Below are positions 45,651 through 55,434 of a stretch of 64,000 nt of DNA, one piece after another. Source of the stretch: Vicinamibacterales bacterium (lineage in GTDB: Bacteria; Acidobacteriota; Vicinamibacteria; Vicinamibacterales; 2-12-FULL-66-21); NCBI GenBank assembly GCA_035463475.1, contig DATHTE010000133.1, forward strand, positions 97,297-161,296. The letters are read 5' to 3'. The position numbers and the translations under genes are program-made. Under the pieces are notes generated by a model. The model was given only the letters and a program-made list of their open reading frames with translations, searched no databases and was not told where the DNA came from. Positions within the stretch are counted from its first letter, which is position 1; each line of letters opens with the position of its first letter.

Positions 45651-45973
45651 GCCTTCGCCGTGTTCGCCTTGCCGATCGGCAGCGCGTCCTCGAGGTTGGC
45701 GTGCGGGCGCGGAATGACGTGCACCGACACGAGCTCGCCGACGCGGCGGGCGGCTGCCGCGCCCGCGTCGGTCGCGGCTTTCACGGCGGCGACGTCGCCG
45801 CGGACGATCGCGGTCACGTAGCCGGCGCCGATCTTCTCCCAGCCGACCAGCGTCACCTTGGCGGCCTTGACCATCGCATCGGCCGCTTCGATCATCGCGA
45901 CCAGGCCTTTGGTCTCGATCATCCCCAGCGCTTCACCCATCAGAGCCTCCAGATCGTGCGCACGCGCCCTCAC
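45647..45973 (-). CDS. BMC-H hexameric shell protein (PF00936-type, PduA/EutM/CcmK-like)
   Basis: [58 protein letters not shown]; ATG 45973 overlaps the aldolase stop (ATGA); ATG 45940 ([10 protein letters not shown]) is the more family-typical start. Confidence 0.9.
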   Translation of the reverse strand: MRARAHDLEALMGEALGMIETKGLVAMIEAADAMVKAAKVTLVGWEKIGAGYVTAIVRGDVAAVKAATDAGAAAARRVGELVSVHVIPRPHANLEDALPIGKANTAKA

Positions 45974-46830
45974 TTCAGGGCGCGGATCGCATCCTCAATC
46001 AGTGCTGCCAGTTCGCCGTATGTTAGCCGAATTTCCTGATCCGCTCCTAGCGCCGCGGCGGCGGCCAGGCGCGGCCCGCCGGGCGGCACGTCGGCGGCGC
46101 GCACGACCTGGCAGGCGGCGTTCCCCTCGGCCGTGCCGGCGCGCGCGGGCACCTGGTCCGGCGGGCAGATTGGTGCCGGCGACGCGATGCCGTACGTGCC
46201 GCGGAGCCGTTGCAGGCGATCGACCTCCTCGCGCGAGAGCACGCGCTCGCGCCCGAGCAGGCGCGCCACGAGGCTGATTCTCGCGAAGTGCTCGATCGTC
46301 TCCATCTTGTAGTACGCCGCGTACAGCTCGTGCCCCACGGTCAGCGCGCCGTGGTTGGCCAGGAGCAGGCCGTCGTGTGCCTTGATGTATGCCTCGACGG
46401 CGTGCGCCAGCTCCGGCGTCGACGGCGTGCCGTACTCCGCGATGGGAATGCTGCCGAGCGTGGTCACGACCTCGGCGAGGACCGCGCGATCGAGCGGGAT
46501 GCCCGCGACGGCAAAGCCGGTGGCGATCGGCGGGTGCGCGTGCACCACGGCGCTCGCGTCCGGCCGGTTCCGGTAGACCGCCAGGTGCATCAGCAGCTCG
46601 GACGAGGGATCGCGATCGCCGGCGAGTTTCTTGCCCGACATGTCGGTGACGACCATCATGTCGGGTGTCATGAAGCCCTTGGAAACACTCTTGGGGGTCG
46701 CCAGCAGCCGCTGGCCGTCGAGGCGCACGCTGATGTTGCCGTCGTTCGAGGCGCAGTAGCCGCGCGCGTACAACCGGCGGCCGACCTCAACGATCGCCGA
46801 CCGGAGCGCGTCTTCCGGCGTCGGGGCCAT
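45970..46830 (-). CDS. class II aldolase/adducin-family protein with C-terminal encapsulation-peptide-like extension
   Basis: 286 aa; FucA/AraD-like core with Zn ligands (VVHAHP, LANHG); about 70-aa extension ending in the amphipathic helix [20 protein letters not shown] after a Pro/Ala/Gly linker. Confidence 0.85.
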   Translation of the reverse strand: MAPTPEDALRSAIVEVGRRLYARGYCASNDGNISVRLDGQRLLATPKSVSKGFMTPDMMVVTDMSGKKLAGDRDPSSELLMHLAVYRNRPDASAVVHAHPPIATGFAVAGIPLDRAVLAEVVTTLGSIPIAEYGTPSTPELAHAVEAYIKAHDGLLLANHGALTVGHELYAAYYKMETIEHFARISLVARLLGRERVLSREEVDRLQRLRGTYGIASPAPICPPDQVPARAGTAEGNAACQVVRAADVPPGGPRLAAAAALGADQEIRLTYGELAALIEDAIRALK

Positions 46831-46833
46831 GTG

Positions 46834-47121
46834 CTAGCGGGCCGTCCGCGCCTTGCGCGCGAACTCGTCGCGGCACCGCTCGGAGCAGAAGTACCGAATG
46901 AGCGCGCCGTCACGAGCGGCGAGGGCCCGCCCCGGCACGACGTACGTGCCGCACACCGGATCGCGCGAGAGCGCCACGCCCGTGTCGAGTCTGCCCCCGG
47001 GCCGGCGCTCGTCGAGCCCAAGGCCGCGGCGCACGCCCGAGACCAGACGCCACACTGCCTGCACGACCAGCACGATGAGGATGACCGTCAGGAGGAAACG
47101 GACCATGAGCGGGCTACTCAC
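46834..47121 (-). CDS. membrane-anchored YHS/TRASH-like small protein
   Basis: 95 aa; N-terminal TM helix, then DPVCGTYV...YFCSERCRDEF pattern. Confidence 0.6.
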   Translation of the reverse strand: MSSPLMVRFLLTVILIVLVVQAVWRLVSGVRRGLGLDERRPGGRLDTGVALSRDPVCGTYVVPGRALAARDGALIRYFCSERCRDEFARKARTAR

Positions 47122-47749
47122 TGCCGCGCGAGGGCACTCCGGGCGTCGCTCCGGTCAGATCGGGGTGGGCGGACTTCACCGCCTCGAGGGCCTGCTTCGC
47201 GGCGCGACCCTCCTCGCTGTCGGGAGCGATCTTCACGACCTGCTCCCACGCCTCCGAGGCTCCTTTGAGATCCTGCTTGCCGAACGCGCGGACGATGCCG
47301 ACGTTCAGCAGCGTCTTGGCGTGGGTGGGATCGATCGACAGCGACTTGTCGAACTGCGCGAGCGCCCGGTCCGCCTGGTTGCTGTAGTAGTAGCTGACGC
47401 CCAGATCGGTGCTCACGTTGACGTTGCGGGGATCGATCTGCAGCGCCTGCTCGTACCAGCGGATCGCCTCGGTGAACTGCTCCGCGTCGAAGTACAGGTT
47501 GCCGAGTTGCACGCGCGGTTTCGCGTCGCGCGGCGCGGTCGACGCCGCGCTTTCGAGCGCGCGCACCTGCTCAGGGTCGACCGGCTTGGGCGCCGGCGCC
47601 GTTGGTGCGGGAGCCGTGGCGGCGGTCTGCGCCGCCGGCGCGGCCATCCCGGGCGCGGCCGGGCGCACCTGCTGCGTGCCCAGCACCCAGCCGACGAGAA
47701 GGCCGAAAAAGGCGCCGGAGATCGCGAAGACGATGGACTCGCGCTGCAT
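47114..47749 (-). CDS. membrane-anchored TPR-repeat protein
   Basis: 211 aa; TM helix, Ala/Pro linker, three TPR-like repeats (LGNLYFDAEQFTEAIRWYEQALQIDP...). Confidence 0.7.
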   Translation of the reverse strand: MQRESIVFAISGAFFGLLVGWVLGTQQVRPAAPGMAAPAAQTAATAPAPTAPAPKPVDPEQVRALESAASTAPRDAKPRVQLGNLYFDAEQFTEAIRWYEQALQIDPRNVNVSTDLGVSYYYSNQADRALAQFDKSLSIDPTHAKTLLNVGIVRAFGKQDLKGASEAWEQVVKIAPDSEEGRAAKQALEAVKSAHPDLTGATPGVPSRGSE

Positions 47750-47758
47750 AAGAAGAAT

Positions 47759-47845
47759 GGGGTCTGACCCTATTTTTACGAGATCCGTAAGTCGGTTCGC
47801 GCGGATAGGCGACTTACGAATCTCGTAAAAATAGGGTCAGACCCC
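47759..47845 (-). terminator. long AT-rich hairpin (about 36-bp stem) between the hydrolase stop and the TPR gene start
   Basis: ggggtctgaccctatttttacgagat (47759-47784) pairs perfectly with atctcgtaaaaatagggtcagacccc (47820-47845); inner ccgtaagtcg/cgacttacga also pair; on the minus strand it is followed by AUUCUUCUUAUG. Confidence 0.7.
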
Positions 47846-47846
47846 A

Positions 47847-48551
47847 TTATAGCGTCCGGTGAAACCACTCGACGAGCATGCGGACGAGATCGCCGGCGCG
47901 CGACAGCATCCTCGTGCCGTGCCCCGCTTCGTCCAGGACGATCTGCTCACGGCTGCCGTTCTTGTCGGCCTTGACGAGGTCGCGGAGGGTCCGCAGCGCG
48001 TAGGCGTCCTCGCGGCTCGCCACGAGCAGCATCGGCCGGGGGCTGTATTTCCGCACGTGCTGATCGATCCTGATCCCGCGATAGTCCATCGTGGGCGAGA
48101 GGAGGGCGAGTGACCGGACGGCCGGATCGCCCGCCGCGTAGGTGACCGCCACGTTGGCGCCGAGCGAGGCGCCCGCCAGGCCGATGCGATCAGCCTGCAC
48201 GTCCGGACGGCTGGCGAGGTACTGTCGCGCCGCGGCCACGTCCTTGATCAACGGCGTCAGGACACCGGAGTCGTCCGCCGACGGCGGGGACTCGCCGTGG
48301 CCGCGGAAGTCGATCGCCAGCGCCGCGATCCCGTCCGCGGCGAGGCGCCCCGCGACCGGTTCCCAGTCCCTCCGGTTCCGCGTGAGCATGTGCAGCAGGA
48401 TCACGGCGGGCGCCGGCCTGCGCGAGGGCTCGAAGAAGGTGGCGGAGATCAGGGCGCCGTCCGCGGCGCGGAACGACACGCGGTGGGTGCGTTGCGCGGC
48501 GGCCGGCAGCGCGAAGACCAGGACCAACGCGGCCGGCAGCGCGCGTCTCAC
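47847..48551 (-). CDS. secreted alpha/beta hydrolase (dienelactone-hydrolase/S9-like)
   Basis: Start at GTG 48551 overlapping the pdxJ stop (GTGA); signal peptide VRRALPAALVLVFALPAAAQ; GASLGA nucleophile elbow, HG motif. Confidence 0.75.
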   Translation of the reverse strand: MRRALPAALVLVFALPAAAQRTHRVSFRAADGALISATFFEPSRRPAPAVILLHMLTRNRRDWEPVAGRLAADGIAALAIDFRGHGESPPSADDSGVLTPLIKDVAAARQYLASRPDVQADRIGLAGASLGANVAVTYAAGDPAVRSLALLSPTMDYRGIRIDQHVRKYSPRPMLLVASREDAYALRTLRDLVKADKNGSREQIVLDEAGHGTRMLSRAGDLVRMLVEWFHRTL

Positions 48552-49282
48552 CCCAGCACCGACAAGTACTCGCGCACGACCGTGGACAGCCCCACGAACA
48601 CGGCGCGACTGATGATGGCGTGGCCGATCGATACCTCGTCGAGGTGCGGCAGCGCGCGAAACAGAACGAGGTTGTCGAGGTCGAGGTCGTGCCCCGCGTT
48701 CACGCCGAGGCCGAGCTGGTGGGCGAGCTCCGCGGTCTGGACGTAGCGCCCGAAGCTCTCGCGCGCCGCGCGCTCGTCCGCCTCGAACGCGCGCGCGTAC
48801 GGTTCGGTGTACAGCTCGACGCGATCGCCGCCCAGGTCCGCCGCCCATCGGATGGCGTCGGGTTCCGGATCGACGAACAGGCTCACGCGGATCCCGCGCC
48901 GCTTGAGCCCGTCGATGGTGCTCGCCAGAACGGCCCGCGGCGTGTCCGGTGGCCAGCCGGCCTGGCTGGTGATCTCCCCGGGCCTCACCGGCACGAGCGT
49001 GCACTGATCCGGCTGGATCTCCTCGACGAGCGCGAGCAGCTCGGGGCGCGGATCCCCCTCGATGTTGTACTCGACCCTGCCGCGCAGCGGCTTCAGGAAC
49101 GCCGCCATGGCGCGGACGTCGGCCGGCCGGATGTGCCGCTGATCCTGGCGCGGGTGTACCGTGACGCCGGGCGCGCCGGCCTCGACGCAGACACGGGCCG
49201 CCTCGAGCGGATCCGGCACCGAGCCGCCGCGCGCGTTGCGGAGCGTGGCGACCTTGTTGACGTTGACGGACAGGCGGGCCAT
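48548..49282 (-). CDS. pdxJ: pyridoxine 5'-phosphate synthase
   Basis: 244 aa; LSVNVNKVATLRNARGG, HPRQDQRHI motifs. Confidence 0.92.
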   Translation of the reverse strand: MARLSVNVNKVATLRNARGGSVPDPLEAARVCVEAGAPGVTVHPRQDQRHIRPADVRAMAAFLKPLRGRVEYNIEGDPRPELLALVEEIQPDQCTLVPVRPGEITSQAGWPPDTPRAVLASTIDGLKRRGIRVSLFVDPEPDAIRWAADLGGDRVELYTEPYARAFEADERAARESFGRYVQTAELAHQLGLGVNAGHDLDLDNLVLFRALPHLDEVSIGHAIISRAVFVGLSTVVREYLSVLG

Positions 49283-50623
49283 CTACGCGCCGATTTCGCG
49301 CCGCACCGCGTCGGCGATCTGCTGCGCCCACGCCTGGATCTCGTGCTGATCGCGCCCTTCAATCATGATGCGGAGGAGCGGCTCGGTACCCGAGTACCGC
49401 ACGAGCAGCCGTCCCTGGCCTTCGAGCGAACGCTCCACCTGCCGCACCGCGCCGGCAACCGGCGGCAATTCGCCGAGCTCGCGCTTTTCGCGCACGCGCA
49501 CGTTCACCAGCACCTGCGGGAAGGTCTTGAGATCCGAGGCGAGGTCGGCCAGCTCCCGCCCGGTCTCCGCCATCACGCGCAGCACGCGAAGCGCCGTGAC
49601 GATGCCGTCGCCGGTGAAGAGGTGATCGAGGAAGATGATGTGCCCGGACTGCTCTCCGCCGAGCCCGATGCCGCGCTGCAGCATCTCCTCCATCACGTAC
49701 TTGTCGCCGACGGCGCATCGCACCATGCCGATGCCGCGCTGTTTCAGGGCGAGCTCCAGACCGATGTTGCTCATCACCGTCGCCACGATGGCGTTGCCCG
49801 GCAACGCGCCGCTGGTCTGCATCTGGCTGGCACACATCAACAGCACGGCGTCGCCGTCCACGATCCGGCCGTCGGCGTCCACGAAGATCGCGCGGTCGCC
49901 GTCACCGTCGAACGCCACGCCGAGGCGATGTCCCCCGTCGCGCACGATCCGGCGGAGCCGATCGGGGTGCGTGGACCCGCACTCGAGGTTGATGTTGCGC
50001 CCGTCGGCGCGGTCCCCGGTGATCGTGACGTCGAAGCCATAGCCCCGAAACACCTTCGGGGCCACGCTCGTCGTGGCGCCGTTTGCCAGGTCGAGCGCGA
50101 TCCGCACCTTGCCCAGCGGGGCCGCATCCGGCAGCGCCTCGCGCGCGTGGGCGATGTACCTGTCCGTGAAGTCGCAGGGCTCGATCTCGGGCTCCGTGCC
50201 GGGATCGACCTGCCACGAATCCTCGTCGACGATTGCCTCGATCTCCCGCTCGAGCTTCTCGCTGAACTTCTCGCCCCGCCCCGAGAACACCTTGATGCCG
50301 TTGTCCTGGAACGGATTGTGTGACGCCGAGATGACGAGGCCCGCGTCGAAGCCGAGGGCTCGCGAGATGTAGGCGACGGCCGGCGTCGGGATCACCCCCG
50401 CGCTGGTCAGCGTGGCCCCCTGCGAGTGCACGCCGCGAGCGAGCGCGCGCTCGATCCACGGGCCAGACTCGCGCGTGTCGCGTCCGGCGACCAGGCGAAG
50501 CGGACGCCCCGGGTGCGGCAGCGCGCGCACGAGCGCGGCGCCGAGCCGTTCGATCGTCCGCTCGTCCAGCGGCGTTTGGCCGGCGATGCCGCGGACCCCA
50601 TCGGTGCCGAAAAGACGGGACAT
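49283..50623 (-). CDS. glmM: phosphoglucosamine mutase
   Basis: 446 aa; FGTDGVRG and SASHNP phosphoserine loop. Confidence 0.93.
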   Translation of the reverse strand: MSRLFGTDGVRGIAGQTPLDERTIERLGAALVRALPHPGRPLRLVAGRDTRESGPWIERALARGVHSQGATLTSAGVIPTPAVAYISRALGFDAGLVISASHNPFQDNGIKVFSGRGEKFSEKLEREIEAIVDEDSWQVDPGTEPEIEPCDFTDRYIAHAREALPDAAPLGKVRIALDLANGATTSVAPKVFRGYGFDVTITGDRADGRNINLECGSTHPDRLRRIVRDGGHRLGVAFDGDGDRAIFVDADGRIVDGDAVLLMCASQMQTSGALPGNAIVATVMSNIGLELALKQRGIGMVRCAVGDKYVMEEMLQRGIGLGGEQSGHIIFLDHLFTGDGIVTALRVLRVMAETGRELADLASDLKTFPQVLVNVRVREKRELGELPPVAGAVRQVERSLEGQGRLLVRYSGTEPLLRIMIEGRDQHEIQAWAQQIADAVRREIGA

Positions 50624-50641
50624 AGTATCGATTCTATCCTG

Positions 50642-50682
50642 TCAGGGTTCAGGCTTCAGCGTTCAGGATTCAGGTTCAGGGC
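50642..50682. repeat. tandem heptamer array TCAGGGT-type x6
   Basis: tcagggt tcaggct tcagcgt tcaggat tcaggt tcagggc read directly; contains the ybbR-like stop codon (50663-50665). Confidence 0.85.
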
Positions 50683-51325
50683 TGACGGGCACGATCTCGA
50701 CGACGACCCTTGCGGCCTGCGGTGTGCGGAGGCGGACGGTGGTGCGCACGACGCCGATGTTCACGGTGTCGATGACGTACGCGCTGGCGCCGCCGATGTT
50801 CACCGGCTCGGTGGTCGCCTCGGAAATCAGGCGCACGTGCTCCTCCGGTCCGACGATCTCCACGGTGGCGGGCTCGGCGCGGACGGCGCGGACGCGATAG
50901 CCCGGCGCCGGATCGCCCTCGAGCGCCGGCGCCACGGGCACGATGCGGGCGGCGGTCGGCTGCAGGTCGAGCGACAGCGTCGGCGGCTGCACCTGCACGA
51001 CGGAGATGCCGTACGGACGATTGACGGCGTCCGCCTGGATGTGGAACAGCCGCAGCCCTTTCCGCGCCGTTCGCAGGTCCATCGTCACCACGATTTCGCC
51101 GGGCTGCAGCTTGCTCAGGATGCCCGAGGATCCCCGCAGGCGCACGTCGACCGTCCCGGGAGGATCTCCCACGATCTCCATCCCTTCCGGGACGTTTCGG
51201 AACTCGAGCGGGACGCGCATGCTGCGCTCGACGACGTGCTCCCCCGCGACGACGAACCACAATCCCCCCGCGACCAGCAGCGCGAGCACCTTCAGCCCGA
51301 AGTTCTGGAAAGGGTTCAACGACAT
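50663..51325 (-). CDS. YbbR-domain protein (CdaR-like regulator of diadenylate cyclase)
   Basis: Start ATG 51325 overlapping the cdaA stop; N-terminal TM helix then YbbR-like repeats; position between cdaA and glmM. Confidence 0.8.
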   Translation of the reverse strand: MSLNPFQNFGLKVLALLVAGGLWFVVAGEHVVERSMRVPLEFRNVPEGMEIVGDPPGTVDVRLRGSSGILSKLQPGEIVVTMDLRTARKGLRLFHIQADAVNRPYGISVVQVQPPTLSLDLQPTAARIVPVAPALEGDPAPGYRVRAVRAEPATVEIVGPEEHVRLISEATTEPVNIGGASAYVIDTVNIGVVRTTVRLRTPQAARVVVEIVPVSPEPES

Positions 51326-52143
51326 CACAGCCCCATGTACGCGGTCTCGGCGGCGCGCGAACCCCCGCGGCGCGGCGCGATCAACGCCTGCAGGCGCTGC
51401 GTGAGCTGATCGGGATTGAGGCTGCGGTCGATGTCTCCCTCGAGCGCGAGCGAAATCTGGCCGCTCTCTTCCGAGACGACGATCGCGACGGCGTCGCTCT
51501 CCTCGCTGATCCCGATCGCCGCGCGGTGGCGCGTGCCGAACTCTCGGCCGATCTTCGGGTTCACCGTCAGCGGCAGGAAGCACGCAGCGGCGGCGATGCG
51601 GTTCTCCTGGATGATGACCGCGCCGTCGTGCAGCGGAGAGCCGGCCTGGAAGATCGTGACCAGCAGGTCGTACGTGAGCGTCGCGTCGAGCGGAATCCCG
51701 CTCTCGATGTAGTTCCGGAGCCCGATCTCGCGCTCCACGACGAGGATCGCCCCGGTCCGCTGCGCCGAGAGCATCTGCGCCGCGACGACGAGCTCCGCGA
51801 TCGCTTCCTCCGCCGCCTGGGACCGCGCGAAGTACCGGAAGAACGGGGCGCGACCGAGGTGCGCCAGCGCGCGACGGATGTCCGACTGGAAGATCACGAT
51901 CGCGGCAAACGCGACATAGAGGAGCATGTTCCGGATCATCCAGTTCACCGTTTGCAGCGGCAGGAGTCCGGACATGAAGAACAGGACAATGACAAGGAAG
52001 GAGCCGAGCGCCATCTGCACGGCGCGGGTGCCGCGAATCAGCTTCAGCGCCTCGTAGACAACAAAGGCGACGACCAGGATGTCCAGGACGTCCCACCAGG
52101 AGATGGGGGCACGCCTCAGGAGCGTCTGCAGATACTGGAGCAA
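51325..52143 (-). CDS. cdaA: diadenylate cyclase CdaA (DisA_N domain, membrane-anchored)
   Basis: 272 aa; three TM helices, GAILVVERE, LHDGAVII, GTRHRAA motifs. Confidence 0.9.
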   Translation of the reverse strand: MLQYLQTLLRRAPISWWDVLDILVVAFVVYEALKLIRGTRAVQMALGSFLVIVLFFMSGLLPLQTVNWMIRNMLLYVAFAAIVIFQSDIRRALAHLGRAPFFRYFARSQAAEEAIAELVVAAQMLSAQRTGAILVVEREIGLRNYIESGIPLDATLTYDLLVTIFQAGSPLHDGAVIIQENRIAAAACFLPLTVNPKIGREFGTRHRAAIGISEESDAVAIVVSEESGQISLALEGDIDRSLNPDQLTQRLQALIAPRRGGSRAAETAYMGL

Positions 52144-52158
52144 CGAGGCTAGCTTAGC

Positions 52159-52395
52159 CTATATCCCTCTGAGCTGATCATCGAGCGCCGCGAGCGCCTG
52201 CTCGAGCATCCGCCGGTGCGCGGGGTTGCTGACGCGCTCGAGGTCCGCGAGCAGACGCGCGCGCGACAGTTCGAGCGTGCGGCGCCGATCCAGCCGCTCG
52301 CGCTCCTCCGCCGAGGTCGCAGGACCTGCCGTCGTCTTTCGGGCGGCCTCTTCCTGCTGGGCCTCTACCTGTTTGCTTTCGAAGCCGCGGGCCAT
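52159..52395 (-). CDS. small charged coiled-coil protein, unknown function
   Basis: Start taken at ATG 52395 (MARGFESKQVEAQQEEA); the longer track start 52428 would run into the repeat array. Confidence 0.45.
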   Translation of the reverse strand: MARGFESKQVEAQQEEAARKTTAGPATSAEERERLDRRRTLELSRARLLADLERVSNPAHRRMLEQALAALDDQLRGI

Positions 52396-52414
52396 ACCAG
52401 GCGATTCTAGTCCA

Positions 52415-52496
52415 TCGGTAATTGGCAATCGGGGTCATCGGGTAATCGCACGATCGGGTAATCGGGGAATCGGCAATCGGGTAGTGGGATTACCAG
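52415..52496. repeat. AATCGGG-type heptamer array, second copy of the element at 16621-16842 (left-arm homolog)
   Basis: ggtcatcgggtaatcgcacgatcgggtaatcggggaatcggcaatcgggta here versus ggtcatcgcggaatcggggaatcgcacgatcggggaatcgggtaatcggcaatcgggta at 16634-16692. Confidence 0.85.
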
Positions 52497-53369
52497 TTAC
52501 TCGATGTGCGTGACCTCCCGCCGGATCCGGTCCGCGACGCGGACGACGTCCGCCATGGCTGCTACGCCGTGCACGCGGACGATGTGGGCGCCGAGGAGCA
52601 CGGCGGCGGCCACTGCGGAAGCGGTCGCCCATTCGCGCTGGTCCGGAGAGCGATCGCCGATCGCCTCGTTCAGAAACGACTTGCGCGATGCGCCGATCAG
52701 GATCGGCAGATCGAGCGCCGACAGGGCGTCGAGCCGGGCGAGCGTCGCAAAGCTGTGTTCGGGCCGCTTGGCGAAGCCGAGGCCCGGATCGACGACAATC
52801 TGCCCGCGGGCAATGCCGCAGGAGACGGCAAACGCGACCCGCTGCCCGAGTTCATCCACCACTTCCCGGACCGGATCGTGATAGACCGCGTCCCGGTACA
52901 TGTCCGCGGAGCGGCCGCGCGTGTGCATCAGCACGATGGGCATGCGTCGCCGCGCCGCAATGTCGCCCAGCGCGGGCTCGTAGACGAGCCCGCTGATGTC
53001 GTTGACGATCGAGGCCCCGGCGTCGAACGCCGCGTCCGCCACGTCCGCCTTGTAGGTATCGATCGAAATCGGCACGGAGACGCGTCGCGCGAGCGCCTCG
53101 ATGACCGGTATGACGCGGCGCTTCTCTTCCTCGGTGGACACGGGAACCGCGCCCGGGCGCGTGGACTCCCCACCGACGTCGAGCAGATCCGCCCCGGCGT
53201 CCACCATGGTCAGGCCGGCATCCACCGCCCGCGTGGCATCGAAGTGCGCGCCGCCGTCGGCAAAGGAGTCGGGGGTGATGTTCAGGATCCCCATCACGAG
53301 CGTGCGCGGGCCGAGACGCACCGCATCGCCGTTCGGCAGGGTGAGGGTGTAGGGCTTGCGGGGGAACAC
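52497..53369 (-). CDS. folP: dihydropteroate synthase
   Basis: Start at GTG 53369 (V-FPRKPYTLTLPNG); GILNITPDSFADGG and DVGGESTRPG motifs; upstream part of the 379-aa track ORF is translated repeat array. Confidence 0.88.
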   Translation of the reverse strand: MFPRKPYTLTLPNGDAVRLGPRTLVMGILNITPDSFADGGAHFDATRAVDAGLTMVDAGADLLDVGGESTRPGAVPVSTEEEKRRVIPVIEALARRVSVPISIDTYKADVADAAFDAGASIVNDISGLVYEPALGDIAARRRMPIVLMHTRGRSADMYRDAVYHDPVREVVDELGQRVAFAVSCGIARGQIVVDPGLGFAKRPEHSFATLARLDALSALDLPILIGASRKSFLNEAIGDRSPDQREWATASAVAAAVLLGAHIVRVHGVAAMADVVRVADRIRREVTHIE

Positions 53370-53374
53370 GAACG

Positions 53375-53532
53375 GGTCCGTCCGACAAGGTCCGACAAGG
53401 TTCGATCGGTTCGATCGGTTCGATAGGTTCGACAGGTTCGACAGGTTCCGGGTTCGAGTTCGCCTGAACCCTTCGAACCTATCGAACCTTTCGGACCTTT
53501 CGAACCTTTCGAACTTTTCGAACCGTTCGAAA
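53375..53532. repeat. dyad-symmetric array of 9-10 nt tandem repeats (TTCGAYMGG x about 8, then NTTCGAACC x about 7)
   Basis: Read directly: tccgacaagg x2, ttcgatcgg x2, ttcgatagg, ttcgacagg x2 ... then cttcgaacc tatcgaacc tttcggacc tttcgaacc tttcgaac ttttcgaacc gttcgaaac; fills the ftsH-folP spacer. Confidence 0.9.
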
Positions 53533-55430
<1,898 letters not shown>

Positions 55431-55434
<4 letters not shown>

